A stretch of 64,000 bases of DNA from an uncultured bacterium (GCA_943787795.1 CALSNU010000006.1:480001-544000), one strand, 5' to 3'. Positions 20,725 through 31,601 are shown, counted from the first letter of the stretch. Notes: generated by a model from the sequence alone, not told the origin. Translations and numbers: made by a program.

Positions 20725-22482
20725 TCAGATGCGCGCCTGGAGCGTGTAGAGGCGGTGGTAGCGCCCCTCCTGCGCCATAAGATCGCCGTGCCGTCCGCGC
20801 TCCACCACCTCCCCGTCCTCGATGACGAGGATGAGGTCCGCCCGCTGGATCGTCGAGAGCCGGTGCGCGATGACCAGGGTCGTGCGGCCCGCGAGCAGCT
20901 CGCCGAGGGACTCCTGGATGAAGGACTCGCTCTCCGTATCGAGGCTGCTGGTGGCCTCGTCGAGGAGCAGCACCCGCGGGTCAGCCAGCAACGCCCTCGC
21001 GATCGTCACACGCTGCTTCTGCCCGCCAGAGAGCTTCACCCCGCGCTCCCCGATGATCGTGTCGAGGCCCTCCGGCATCCGGTCCGCGAACTCGGTCACG
21101 TGAGCGCGCCGCGCCGCCTCTACGACCTCCTCGTCGCTGGCGTCCGGCCGGGCGAAGAGCAGGTTCTCGCGGATCGTCCCGTCGAACAGGAACTCATCCT
21201 GCAGCACGAGGCCGAGCTGACTCCGGTAGCTCGCGAGCTCCACCGTTCGCAGGTCGACGCCGTCTACGAGGACGCGCCCTGCATCAGGGGACAGGAACGA
21301 CACGGCGATGGACGCGAGGGTGGACTTGCCGGAGCCAGAGCTCCCCACCAGCGCCACCACCTCGCCCGGTTGGACCTCGAAGTCGATGCCCTTGAGGACG
21401 GGCTCCCCCTCCTCGTAGGCGAAGCTCACGTCTTCGAAGCGCAGGTGCCCGCTGATTCGAGGCATGACCTCCACACGCAGGGGGTCGTCATCCTCGCCAG
21501 GCTGCTGCAGCAGCTCGGCCGTGCGATCGAGCCCGGCGAAGGCCTCGGTCATCTGGGTGCCGATGTTCGCCATCTGGATGATGGGCCCGATCAGCAGCGC
21601 GAGGAACAGGGTGAAGCTGAACAGCTCACCGACTGTCATCTGCTCCGACAGGATCTCCCGCCCTCCGTAGCCGAGGATCACCACGCTGGCGACCCCCACA
21701 AAGAAGGTGCCCAGGGAGGTCACCGCCGCGGTCGTGGTGAGGGTCGACCTGACGTTCTCGAAGATGCGCATCACCCCGGCGCGGAAGATGTCGTTCTCCC
21801 GGGCGAGGGCGTGGAAGCCCTTGATGATGCGGATCCCCCCGAGGGACTCCGTCAGGCGTCCGGTGACCTCGGCCTGGAGCTTCCCGCGCTCCCTGAAGGC
21901 CGGGCGCAGCCGCTTGAACGCCAGAGACGACACCACAGCGAACAGCGCCATGGGGACCAGGGCGAGCGCCGTCATGGCCACGTTGATCTTGAGCAGGAAC
22001 ACCATGGCGATGATCGCCGTCAGGATCCCGCCCACCAGCTGCACCAGCCCCGTGCCCACGAGGTTGCGCACGCCCTCCACGTCGTTCATCACCCGCGAGA
22101 CGAGCTCTCCGGAGCGCGTGTCCTCGAAGCGCCGCACCGGGAGGCCGAGCACATGCTCATGCACCTCCGCGCGCAGCTCGGCGATGAGCAGCTGCGCCTC
22201 GACGCTCAGGAGCTTGGTCAAGGTGAACGACGAGATCGCCTGGATGGAGGTGGCCGCCACCAGCCCCAGCAGGATGGGCATCAGGAGCCCCTCGGCCCCG
22301 CCAGCCAGCACGTCGTCGATCAGGTAGCGGGTCGACGCCGGCAGCACCATCCCCGAGGCGCGGTTGACGGCGATCAGCACCAGGCCGAGCAGCACGAGGC
22401 GTCGCCTGGGCCAGATGATCTTTCGGAAGGCCTCCCTGAGGCTCGAGGCGCTGATCTTCTTCTTGTTTCCTTGGGGCTTCAT
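20725..22482 (-). CDS. ABC exporter, fused permease/ATP-binding (MsbA-like)
   Basis: N-terminal TM domain; GSSGSGKST, LSGGQKQR, LLLDEATSSLD, IAHRLST. Confidence 0.95.
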   Translation of the reverse strand: MKPQGNKKKISASSLREAFRKIIWPRRRLVLLGLVLIAVNRASGMVLPASTRYLIDDVLAGGAEGLLMPILLGLVAATSIQAISSFTLTKLLSVEAQLLIAELRAEVHEHVLGLPVRRFEDTRSGELVSRVMNDVEGVRNLVGTGLVQLVGGILTAIIAMVFLLKINVAMTALALVPMALFAVVSSLAFKRLRPAFRERGKLQAEVTGRLTESLGGIRIIKGFHALARENDIFRAGVMRIFENVRSTLTTTAAVTSLGTFFVGVASVVILGYGGREILSEQMTVGELFSFTLFLALLIGPIIQMANIGTQMTEAFAGLDRTAELLQQPGEDDDPLRVEVMPRISGHLRFEDVSFAYEEGEPVLKGIDFEVQPGEVVALVGSSGSGKSTLASIAVSFLSPDAGRVLVDGVDLRTVELASYRSQLGLVLQDEFLFDGTIRENLLFARPDASDEEVVEAARRAHVTEFADRMPEGLDTIIGERGVKLSGGQKQRVTIARALLADPRVLLLDEATSSLDTESESFIQESLGELLAGRTTLVIAHRLSTIQRADLILVIEDGEVVERGRHGDLMAQEGRYHRLYTLQARI

Positions 22483-22735
22483 GGGGCGGCGGAAGCCTAA
22501 CAGCGCGCCCGCCCCGCCGGGGCTAGACTCCGTGCCCATGCCCTCGCCCAGCCACGATCCCCGCGCCGCCTTCCCCGGCGACGCGGCCCCCAGCGACGCG
22601 GCCTCCCGGCCCGGCGATCGAGCACCCGGCAATAAGGTTCACCCAGGTCGTGGGGCGGCGGGCTCCGAAGACCCCTCAGCCGAGGAACCTGAGGCGACGG
22701 GCGCCGCGACGTCTGAGGCAGAGCGAGGCGATCAC

Positions 22736-23488
22736 GTGACGCGTGACCTCCCGAGCGACCGGGTCGAGGTCTGGGTCCTGAGCCCCGAGGACTTCGGGCA
22801 ACAGGACGCACGGGCCGACCACGCCCACCTCTTGTCCGCCGCGGAGCAGGCCCGCCACGCCCGCTTCCACGGAGACCGCCTGCGGCACGACTTCCTCATG
22901 GCCCGCGCCCTCGTGCGACGCACGCTCTCCCGCTACGAGGACGTACCACCGGAGGACTGGAGCTTCGAGATTGGCTCCCACGGCAAGCCCTCCGTCGCCG
23001 CCAGCCACGGCAGCCGCCTGCGCTTCAACCTCTCTCACACCCGGGGCCTGATCGCCTGCGCGGTGCGGCTCGACGAGGAGGTGGGGCTCGACGTGGAGAC
23101 GAGCGCGCGCCGCAACGACATCGTGCGCATCGCCGACCGCTTCTTCTCGGCCGAGGAGGTCCGCGCCCTCCACGCGCTCCCCGTCGCCGAACACCGCGCG
23201 CGCTTCTTCACCTACTGGGCCCTCAAGGAGGCCTACATCAAGGCCCGCGGCCTCGGCCTCGCCATTCCCCTCGGCGCGTTCACCTTCCGCCTGGACTCCG
23301 CGGGACCGATCGAGATCGCCCTCGACCAGCGCATCACCGAGGATCCCGGCGGCTGGCGCTTCCATCACCGCTGGGCCACGGACGTCCACAGCCTCGCCGT
23401 CGCCACCCCGCGCTCGACGGCGAGCCTCGAGGTCCACCTCCAATGCGCACGGGGACTGGTCGCGGGCATGGACGGAGACCCGGCGTGA
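22736..23488 (+). CDS. Sfp-type 4'-phosphopantetheinyl transferase
   Basis: GKP, FNLSHT, VGLDVE, WALKEAYIKARGLG. Start uncertain (GTG 22736 or ATG 22538). Confidence 0.92.
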   Translation: MTRDLPSDRVEVWVLSPEDFGQQDARADHAHLLSAAEQARHARFHGDRLRHDFLMARALVRRTLSRYEDVPPEDWSFEIGSHGKPSVAASHGSRLRFNLSHTRGLIACAVRLDEEVGLDVETSARRNDIVRIADRFFSAEEVRALHALPVAEHRARFFTYWALKEAYIKARGLGLAIPLGAFTFRLDSAGPIEIALDQRITEDPGGWRFHHRWATDVHSLAVATPRSTASLEVHLQCARGLVAGMDGDPA

Positions 23489-23695
23489 TCTCCACAGCCG
23501 GGCTCGGCCCCGCGCCCGCGGCAGGCCCCGCCGCAGGCTCCGCCTCCGCAGGGCTAGAGGCCGGGCCACGGGGCGCAGCGAGCGACCACCGCGAGCCCCG
23601 CTGAACCGAGCCGCGGGCCCAACGTCCGGCCGGCTTCAGAGCGCAGGCCATCACGTCAAGGCACGGCACCGCGACCCGTCAACGAGCGATTGAGG

Positions 23696-25255
23696 TCAAC
23701 GGATCTTCTCGTCGGGGAGGGCGGTGCCGATTCCCTGGTCGAGTGGCATCGGGTCGCCCTCGGGCGAGATGCCGACGGCCTTCATGGCTCGCTCCAGGCG
23801 CGCCTGCATGTCCTGCGCGGCGGCCGCGAAGGCGGGGTCGGCGATGAGGTTGTGGCGCTCGGCGGGGTCGGACTGGAGGTCGTAGAGCTCCGCCATGTGC
23901 CGATCCGGGCCGCCGTCGCCGTGCGGATAGCGGATGTACTTGAAGCGATCCCCGCGCACGGCGCGCACGTTGGGCGTGTAGGGGAACTGCTTCTCGTAGT
24001 TGTAGTGGTAGAGCCACTCCGTGCGCCACGCGGGCGGCGCCGCCGAGATCAGCGGACGGACCGACCGACCGTGAATGGCCTCCATCGGCTCCGCGCCGGC
24101 CGCGTCGAGGAGGGTGGGCGCCAGGTCGGTGGTCAGGACCTGCTGAGGGATGCGGATCGGCCCGGTGTCCTGGGTCCAGGCCGGATAGCGGATCAGCATC
24201 GGCACGCGGATGCTCGCCTCGTGGGCCGTGCGCTTGTCGACCATGCCGTGCTCTCCCTCGAGGAGGCCGTTGTCCCCGAGGAACACGATCATCGTGTTGT
24301 CCAGCTCGCCGGACTCCTCCAGGAAGTCGAGCAGTCGCCCGACGCTATCGTCCACCGAGAGAATGGTCCCCCAGTACGCCCGCACCATGCGGGCGAAGTC
24401 CACCACGCCGCGCGCCGTGTCGTCGGGGAACTCCTTTCGCCAGTCGAAGAGTGGTCCGTAGATCCCATGCCACGTGGAGAGACGCTGCGTGATCCACTCC
24501 GGCTTCGAGGAGAGGTCGAAGGAGGAGTGCGGGTAGCCGACCTCCACGTGGTCGAAGGCGTGGGCGTACTTCTCCTCCGGGAAGTAGAAGCTGTGGGGTG
24601 CCTTCTGGCCGATCATCAGCATGAACGGCGCCCCGCTCTCCTCGGCCGCGCGCTGCTGGGCCGAGATCCAGGCCAGCGACATGTCGGTGACCACCGTCGT
24701 GTAGTAACCCGGCACCACGCGGCGACCGGCCCCATTGAAGTTGAACTCGGTGTCGAAGTACTTCCCCTGCCCCTTGTGGGTCACGAAGTGATCGAAGCCC
24801 GGTCGGGGCTCGTCGCTCCCCTCCCCCATGTGCCACTTCCCGATATAGGCCGTCTCGTACCCCGCCTGCTGTAGCCGGCGGGGGAAGCTGTCGAGGTCGA
24901 CGGGGTAGTCGGTGAAGTTGTTGGTCACGCCATGGGCGTGGGCGTAGAGCCCGCTCAGGAGCGTGGCCCGGCTCGGCGAGCACAGGCTCGTCGTGCAGAA
25001 CATGTTCTCGAAGTAGATGCCCTCGCTCGCCAGCCGATCGATGTTGGGCGTCTCGAGGTGCGGGTGGCCGGCACACGAGAGAGCGTCCCAGCGGATGTCG
25101 TCGCAGAGCATGACGATCACGTTCGGCCGCTCTGGCTCGGCGCTCGCTTGGCCGAGGCAGGGGCTCGCCAGCATGGAGAACGCCAGCGCGGAGGCGGCCA
25201 AGAGAACGAGCGGCCGGAGCTGGAGCGGGCGAGGCTGAAGTCGGTGGTCTGACAT
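23696..25255 (-). CDS. Secreted Cys-type sulfatase
   Basis: [17 protein letters not shown] (CxPxR), GKWH, GDNG, ELYDL..DP.E..NL. Confidence 0.95.
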   Translation of the reverse strand: MSDHRLQPRPLQLRPLVLLAASALAFSMLASPCLGQASAEPERPNVIVMLCDDIRWDALSCAGHPHLETPNIDRLASEGIYFENMFCTTSLCSPSRATLLSGLYAHAHGVTNNFTDYPVDLDSFPRRLQQAGYETAYIGKWHMGEGSDEPRPGFDHFVTHKGQGKYFDTEFNFNGAGRRVVPGYYTTVVTDMSLAWISAQQRAAEESGAPFMLMIGQKAPHSFYFPEEKYAHAFDHVEVGYPHSSFDLSSKPEWITQRLSTWHGIYGPLFDWRKEFPDDTARGVVDFARMVRAYWGTILSVDDSVGRLLDFLEESGELDNTMIVFLGDNGLLEGEHGMVDKRTAHEASIRVPMLIRYPAWTQDTGPIRIPQQVLTTDLAPTLLDAAGAEPMEAIHGRSVRPLISAAPPAWRTEWLYHYNYEKQFPYTPNVRAVRGDRFKYIRYPHGDGGPDRHMAELYDLQSDPAERHNLIADPAFAAAAQDMQARLERAMKAVGISPEGDPMPLDQGIGTALPDEKIR

Positions 25256-25279
25256 GTCGTGCGGGGCAGTGGTTCCCCA

Positions 25280-25344
25280 GGCCTGATGCAAAGGGGCCTG
25301 ATGCAAAGGGGCCTGATGCAAAGGGGCCTGATGCAAGGGGGCCT
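25280..25344. repeat. 15-bp tandem array x4.3 upstream of the sulfatase
   Basis: ggcctgatgcaaagg repeats. Confidence 0.95.
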
Positions 25345-25511
25345 CAGGAGAGGGAGCCCGAGGAGAGGGGGCGGGCGCTCCAAGCTAACAGCCCCCCCCG
25401 AGCCGTGGGCGGGAACAGGCCACCGCGCCCCTCGCCAACGCGCCCAGTGGCCGTGACAAGACCACAGGCCTTCCCGGGCATCGACTACGGTTCTGTGCTG
25501 AGGCTCACGCC

Positions 25512-26244
25512 ATGGAATCAAGTCAACCGCAGAAGCGATGGGTGCACGGCAGGAGCGAGCCCTTCGTCATGATGGCGTGGCAGTTGTCCCTGCTGCTGGC
25601 GCTCAGGAACATCGTCGCGCACCGGTCGACCGAGGGCGTCCACAGCGACCTCCATCACGCGGCCAGCACGGTCCTCACCAAGATCGCGCCCGTCGCGGTC
25701 CCGATCTTTCTCCTGCTGGTCGGATCGGCCTTCGCCCTTCGCTGGATGGGGAAACGGGACCGCGTGGTCCTTGACGTTCTAGGCTGCTCGCTCATCCTGC
25801 GGACCATCGCGGGCTTCATCGCGCTCAAGGTCCTCATCCTGAATCCCCTCCAGGGGGACTCGCTCCTGCTGCGCCAGTTTCTCTACTTCATGCCCTCGCT
25901 GATGATCGGCTGGGGCTGGATCTACTGGCGGCTGGATCTACTGGCGGCTGGATCTACTGGCGGCTGGATCTACTGGCGGCTGGATCAGGCCGCGCGCCTC
26001 AAGGGCAAGCAGCTGCTGCTCTTCCCTGAAGATCTCGATCGCGGCGAGGTGCCGAGGGAGCCCCTCCGGGCCTTCGACGACGACTACCACTCGGCGATGG
26101 TGGCCTTTATCTTCGAGGTCAGCAAGGTGGACCCGTTGAACCGGCCAATGAATGAAGTTCCTCTTCCTCATCAACGCGGCGATGATGCTCGACCTGGTGG
26201 GTCTCGTCCTGACCCAGGCCATCGGACTGGCGAGCGGGAGCTGA
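25512..26244 (+). pseudogene. Membrane protein resembling the DUF1345 type, with an internal 16-bp expansion and a 4-bp frameshift
   Basis: TM-rich ORF. AATG is duplicated at 26147-26154; removing one copy restores ...PLNRPMKFLFLINAAMMLDLVGLVLTQAIGLASGS* ending at 26244. Family resemblance is from memory. Confidence 0.6.
25914..25986. repeat. Intragenic perfect 16-bp tandem repeat x4.5
   Basis: ggctggatctactggc x4 plus ggctggatc. Confidence 0.95.
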
Positions 26245-26486
26245 CCGGAGGCGTCGCCACCCCTTCGGGCCTCGACCCGCTGCGCCGCGGGCTCAGCCGC
26301 CGGCCAGGAGATGCGCGAGCGACGACTCACGCTCAGGCACAGCCCCACCCGCACCATGAAGCACCTCGCCTACGCCCAACGTGTCCCAAGGTTCGGCGGC
26401 GTAGGCGCGAACATGGCGGTGCCCGCTGACCCCAGGAGGCCGAAGCGCGCTTCCCTTCTGCTGGAGAGCCTGGCCGGAGTGTCGAC

Positions 26487-28112
26487 GTGAAGGCGCTCTG
26501 GATCACCTTCATCGCGGTCGCCACCTTCGGGTCGCTGTACCCCTTTGACTTCGACCTCGCGGGGCCCCCTGGTGGCCTGTTCAGGGCCCTGATCGACGCC
26601 GCGTCGGCCAGCACCAGCCGCGGAGATGTGGCGGGCAACTTCATCCTGTTCCTGCCGATCGGCTTGTTCAGCATGCTGGCCATGGACCCGCGCCACGGGG
26701 CCTGGGCTCGCTTCCTGCGCGCGGGCGCGATCTCTGTCGCCGTTGCGGCCGCCCTCCAGCTCCTCCAGCTCTTCCTTCCGTCGCGCGACGCGAGCCTCGC
26801 GGACGTGGTCTGGAATGCCGCGGGGCAGGCCGCAGGGGCCGCGCTCGCTGTGCTCGCTGCGCTCAGCCAGCGGGAGACCTCCCCCATGAGGAGGCGACTG
26901 GGTCGCGCGGCCCTGTTGCCGCTGGCCCTCATCGCCGCCTGGCTGGCTTATCGCCTGGTGCCCTACGTGCCGTCGATCGACCTGCAGGCCTTCAAGGACA
27001 GCCTGAAGCCGATCCTCAACGACCCGCTCGACCCGCTGGCGTGCAGCCGGGATGCAGCGGGGTGGACGCTCACGGCGTTCCTGCTCCGCGAGGCGTGGTC
27101 CGGCGCCCGCATCGATCGCTTCCTCCCGCTCCTGCTGGCCTCGGTCTTCGCGCTGGAGATCCTGATCGTCTCCAACGGGATCGACCGCGCGGACCTTGTG
27201 GGAGCGGCCGTCGCGACGGCCCTCTGGTTCGGGGCGCTGGGGCGCATGCCGAGGCCGGAGTGGGCCCTACTGGCGCTCCTTGCGGGCACGATCGCCGTGG
27301 GCGGGCTCTCGCCGCTCACCGTGCGAGCCGAGGTCGCGCCCTTCCAGTGGATGCCCTTCAGCGGGTTCCTGGGGGGATCGATGTACCTGAACGCTCAGTC
27401 CGCGCTGGAGAAGACGTTCCTCTACGGCAGCCTCGTCTTCCTCGCGCAGCGGGTGCTGCGCGGCCGGACGCGCGGAACCGTCGTCGCCATGGCCTTCGTG
27501 GGCCTGATCGAGGTCTCGCAGACCAGGCTCATCGACCACAGCCCGGAGATCACCGACCCGCTCCTCGTCCTGCTGGCCTCCCTGGCCATCTTCATCCTCG
27601 AGCGGGAGGACGCGGCGCGGGCCGCCGCCCCACCGGCGGTCCAGCCTCCGGGCCCGAAGCCTGAGGCGACCGCCCCGCTCGCCGCGGCGATCAGACCGCC
27701 CCGAGCGCGGCGCCAACAGATCCACGCCACGCCCGACTGGGCTTCGCTGGACCTGACGTTGCCGCCCAGTCAACACGAACAGCTCGCTCAGCTTGCGGAG
27801 AGCCGGGGCGTGAGCGTCGCCGGCACCGCCACGCAGGTGATCACCCACTCGCTGGAGAGGGGAAGCCTCGGCGCCAAGCGGGAGCCCCCTGGCCTCGATG
27901 CACCCAGCGCCAGATCCGCACAAGCAGGACCTGCCGATGCGTCCCCCGGCGCCAGAGAAGGCCAGGGAGCTGGGGGCTCGATCGCGATCACCGTCCGCCT
28001 GCGGAAGGACCACCTCGAGAGCCTCACCCGACTCGCTGAAGGCGCTGGGGTGAGCGCGTCGGAGGTGGCCGGCGCGATGATCGAAGCCGCGCGCGCCCGC
28101 GCCGACCGCTGA
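26487..28112 (+). CDS. VanZ-family multi-pass membrane protein with a soluble C-terminal extension
   Basis: GSLYPFDF, DVAGNFILFLPIG, LQLFLPSRDASLADVVWN; second VanZ-like unit IEVSQ..HSPEITD. Confidence 0.8.
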   Translation: MKALWITFIAVATFGSLYPFDFDLAGPPGGLFRALIDAASASTSRGDVAGNFILFLPIGLFSMLAMDPRHGAWARFLRAGAISVAVAAALQLLQLFLPSRDASLADVVWNAAGQAAGAALAVLAALSQRETSPMRRRLGRAALLPLALIAAWLAYRLVPYVPSIDLQAFKDSLKPILNDPLDPLACSRDAAGWTLTAFLLREAWSGARIDRFLPLLLASVFALEILIVSNGIDRADLVGAAVATALWFGALGRMPRPEWALLALLAGTIAVGGLSPLTVRAEVAPFQWMPFSGFLGGSMYLNAQSALEKTFLYGSLVFLAQRVLRGRTRGTVVAMAFVGLIEVSQTRLIDHSPEITDPLLVLLASLAIFILEREDAARAAAPPAVQPPGPKPEATAPLAAAIRPPRARRQQIHATPDWASLDLTLPPSQHEQLAQLAESRGVSVAGTATQVITHSLERGSLGAKREPPGLDAPSARSAQAGPADASPGAREGQGAGGSIAITVRLRKDHLESLTRLAEGAGVSASEVAGAMIEAARARADR

Positions 28113-28375
28113 CTCTGCGGGCACCGGTGGCCGTTCCCGGGAGTGAGCGGCAGCTCGACACCAAGAAGACCCAGGAATGGGCAGGGTCCGGATGACCGGC
28201 TCACCCGGACTCGACCTCCTCGAGGAAGGGCGCGCAACGGCGGACCCCCTGTCCTCCGACCCGTGGAGCCCAAGCAGCCGCCCTGGAACTTGACCGTGCA
28301 TTCGCAGGACCCGCCGCCCTCTTGAGCGCTACGCTCGGGTTGAGCGATCCGGCGAGCCCTGCCCTCCCGAGCGCC

Positions 28376-29533
28376 ATGACCATGGAAGACCCCAAGATGC
28401 CCCCCCGCATGCAGATCGGCGAGGGCCGGATCAGCGGCGCCGTCTCGATCGTCTTCGGCGCTATCGCCCTGGGCGGCGTGCTCTGCTTTCACTTCCCGGA
28501 GTTCCTCACGACGCCTGAGTTCAGGGCGCAATACGACGAGGGGGTCCTCCGCGGGATCCTCCTCGGCTGCATCTTCCTGACCTACGCCTGCGCGCTACGG
28601 AGCCTGATCGCCAACGCCAGCAAGCGCACGGGTCTCATCGGCGGGGCGCTGGCCACGGCCTCCCTGCTTCTGGGCGGCGCGGGCGTCGAGGTCGACGCGG
28701 TCCGGGAGACGGGCTTCTACCTGAGCCTCGACTGGCTGCTCCTGGACCTCATCGCCATGGCCCTGGTGTTCGTGCCGCTGGAGCTGTTCTTCCCGAAGCG
28801 CGCCGATCAGACCCGCTTCCACCCGGAGTGGCGCACCGACCTCGCCTACTTCGTCATGGCCCACCTGTTCGTCCAGGGCATCGCCGCCATGAGCGAGCGG
28901 CCGGTCCGGCTCTTCTTGACCGGCTTCGCGGACAGCCTGGACGCCCTTCGTGCGACGGTCGGAGGCCTCCCCTTCGCGCTGCAGCTCTTCCTGGCGCTGC
29001 TGACCACGGACCTCTTCCAGTACGCGCTCCACCGCACGTTCCACGCGGTGCCGCTGCTCTGGAGGTTCCACGCGGTCCACCACAGCACGCGGTCGATGGA
29101 CTGGCTCGCGGGCTCGCGCCAGCACCTCGTGGACGTCGTCGGAACGCGCATCTTCGTCTACCTGCCGCTCTTCGTCCTCGGATTCTCGCCAGGCGTTTTC
29201 TACACGTACGTCGGCATCGTCGCGATCCACGCCGTGCTCAACCACACGAACGTGCGCCTGCGCTACGGGCTGCTGGAGTGGCTCATCGTGTCCCCGCGAA
29301 TCCACCACTGGCACCACGCCCACGACCCCGCGGCGTACGACAAGAACTTCTGCGTCCACTTCTCCTGGATCGACCGCCTCTTCGGCACCTACTACGCGCC
29401 CGGGGACGAGTGGCCCGAGCGCACGGGCCTGGACGACGCCGCCTTCCCCACGGGCTTCCTCGCCCAGCAGGTCGACCCCTTCATCCGGGACCCCTTCGCC
29501 GGAGACCCCACCGGCCCCCGCTCGACCCGCTGA
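28376..29533 (+). CDS. Sterol desaturase / fatty acid hydroxylase family protein
   Basis: His boxes HRTFH, HAVHH, HHWHH; YDKNF..WIDRLFGT. Confidence 0.9.
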   Translation: MTMEDPKMPPRMQIGEGRISGAVSIVFGAIALGGVLCFHFPEFLTTPEFRAQYDEGVLRGILLGCIFLTYACALRSLIANASKRTGLIGGALATASLLLGGAGVEVDAVRETGFYLSLDWLLLDLIAMALVFVPLELFFPKRADQTRFHPEWRTDLAYFVMAHLFVQGIAAMSERPVRLFLTGFADSLDALRATVGGLPFALQLFLALLTTDLFQYALHRTFHAVPLLWRFHAVHHSTRSMDWLAGSRQHLVDVVGTRIFVYLPLFVLGFSPGVFYTYVGIVAIHAVLNHTNVRLRYGLLEWLIVSPRIHHWHHAHDPAAYDKNFCVHFSWIDRLFGTYYAPGDEWPERTGLDDAAFPTGFLAQQVDPFIRDPFAGDPTGPRSTR

Positions 29534-29560
29534 CGGCCGCGGCGCGCGACGCCCCGGGCG

Positions 29561-30991
29561 TCAGTCGCCCAGCACGCGATCCAGCCACTGGAAGGCCGCC
29601 GGGAGCGCCTCGGCGACGATCAGGAGGTGCTCGGTGCCCGGCTCGATCACGAGGCGCCGGTCGGCCTCGCCGCTGCCCTCGAGGGAGGCGTGGAGCGCCT
29701 CGACCCCGGAGCGCCCGAAGTCACGCTCCCCGGCGGTGGCGTAGAGCGGGACCGCGGACCAGGGCGCGGGGTCCCGCTGGGAGCTGCCGCCGCCCATGGC
29801 CACGAAGGCGCGGTAGGCCTCAGGGCGCTTGGACACGAGGCGCTGCCCGACGCCCGCGCCCATCGAGTGCCCCATGAGCAAGACCCGCTCCCGGTCGAAG
29901 GCCAGGCGCTCCTCCAGGCCGTCCAGGACGGCCTCCGCAGAGGTCCCCAGCGGGCTCACTCGAGGGGCCACCATGAGCCACCCGCGCTCCTCGCAGAGCC
30001 GCGCCGCGAGGCCAGCGCCGTAGGCGTCGAAGAACATGTTCTCGCTGCCCCCCATCCCGTGGAGGGCGACCACGATGGGCCCGGGGCGCGCGGGGTCGTA
30101 GCTCGACGGAACGAGGAGTCGAACCGACGCGGCCCGTCGCCCCACGGGCACCGAGAGCCAGTGCTGTCCCCGAGCCTCGGCGCCGAACCAGGGCTCCCCC
30201 TTCGCCGCCGCGGCGGACATGGCCTCGGCCTCGACCAGCAGTCGCGCGGCGGGGAAGTCCGTCTCCTCCGTGGAGCCCGCCGCGAGCGACTCCAGCAGCT
30301 TGAGCCGCGCCTTGAGGGTCCGGGCCTCCAGCGCGGGCGCCTCCTCGGAGAGCGGCTGCGCCAGGGCATCGAGCCGCTCCCGTACTCGGGGCACACGGGC
30401 CAGCGTGACGGCCCGCGCCACGGGCTCCCCGGCCCCGACACTCAGCGACACGTCGAGCACGAGGTCTCCCTCCGGCGCCCCGGTCGGGTCCGGCCACTGG
30501 AAGGTCACGGTCGTGGACGGGTCCGGGCCGAGCTGGACCTGCTCGGGTCCGACAAGGTGAACGCCCTCGCATCGCACCGCCACCGCGAGGGCCGACGCGG
30601 GCCTCTCGCCGTAGAGCCACCCGATCACCAGGTCGACTCCGGGCTCGGCGGCGTCGACGAGCCGGCGGCCGGGGTGCACCCTTGCCGCGTCCAGCGGGTG
30701 CACCGCGTCGCGGCCCTGGAGGGCGGCGAGGGCCTCCCCCATGGAGGCCCCCACGGCGGCGCTCTCGAACCGGAAGAAGCGCTGTACAGCCTCCTCGACG
30801 TGGGGCAGCGCCCGGCTGCGACGCTCGGGGTCGTCGGTGCCCATCCAGGCCTCCTCCACGGCGCGCGTCCGCCAGGCGAGCTCCGCCCGCAGCGCCGGGT
30901 CCTTCTCCACCGCCGGGCCAGGGTCGTTGGGAGGGGCGACGCTGACGCCGAGGGCGCCCAGCACGAGAGTCGGGAGGAGGAGGGTGATCAC
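29561..30991 (-). CDS. Secreted alpha/beta hydrolase (esterase-like)
   Basis: VVALHGMGG, GHSMG nucleophile elbow, C-terminal D and H; signal-like N-terminus. Confidence 0.85.
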   Translation of the reverse strand: MITLLLPTLVLGALGVSVAPPNDPGPAVEKDPALRAELAWRTRAVEEAWMGTDDPERRSRALPHVEEAVQRFFRFESAAVGASMGEALAALQGRDAVHPLDAARVHPGRRLVDAAEPGVDLVIGWLYGERPASALAVAVRCEGVHLVGPEQVQLGPDPSTTVTFQWPDPTGAPEGDLVLDVSLSVGAGEPVARAVTLARVPRVRERLDALAQPLSEEAPALEARTLKARLKLLESLAAGSTEETDFPAARLLVEAEAMSAAAAKGEPWFGAEARGQHWLSVPVGRRAASVRLLVPSSYDPARPGPIVVALHGMGGSENMFFDAYGAGLAARLCEERGWLMVAPRVSPLGTSAEAVLDGLEERLAFDRERVLLMGHSMGAGVGQRLVSKRPEAYRAFVAMGGGSSQRDPAPWSAVPLYATAGERDFGRSGVEALHASLEGSGEADRRLVIEPGTEHLLIVAEALPAAFQWLDRVLGD

Positions 30992-31238
30992 GGCCCCATC
31001 CTGCGCCCCGGACGCCCCCCGGGGAAGGCTGCCTCGGCCGCAGCGGGCCGTCCACCTCCGTGGCCCGAGCGCGGAAGGTCCAAGTCCGGCGTGTTTCGGG
31101 GCAAGGACGTGGGCCCGAGGGGGCACCTTACAACCCCCGCATTCCGGCCCGATTCGCTGCAATGGACCGGCACCAGCACCGTACGGGTGCCATGACCCGC
31201 CGCGGCGGGTCACCCCATCCGCTTCCAGACGACCCGCC

Positions 31239-31601
31239 ATGAACACGCTCCGCCTCACCTGCGTCGCCCTCGCTCTCCTCATGCTCCCCGCGTGCCTCGT
31301 CACGAGCGGCTCGAAGAAGGAGTCCACCGGAACCCATGTCAGCGCCGAGACCCTGACCCAGATCACCGAGGGGGAATCCGAATCCTTCGTCGTCGAGCTC
31401 CTCGGGGAGCCAAGTCGCCGGATCCAGAAGGCCGATGGCGCCGTGCTCCTCGCCTGGGACTGGGAGCGCACGGTCTCCCGCCAGGGGGCCGTCCTGCTCG
31501 TCTTCGCGGGCGGCAAGGAGGACAAGCAGCGGGCCACCACCTGGGTCCGCCTCGATGAAGATCAGGTGACCCGGGTCTGGCAGGACAACGCCGAGCAATA
31601 G
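31239..31601 (+). CDS. Small lipoprotein, SmpA/OmlA (BamE-like) domain
   Basis: Lipobox LPAC; I.EG.S...V..LLGEP pattern. Confidence 0.65.
   Translation: MNTLRLTCVALALLMLPACLVTSGSKKESTGTHVSAETLTQITEGESESFVVELLGEPSRRIQKADGAVLLAWDWERTVSRQGAVLLVFAGGKEDKQRATTWVRLDEDQVTRVWQDNAEQ

Noticed and set aside
25256..25336. HQAPL repeats as the sulfatase N-terminus
   Set aside because: They derive from the upstream 15-bp DNA array; the signal peptide starts after M at 25255.
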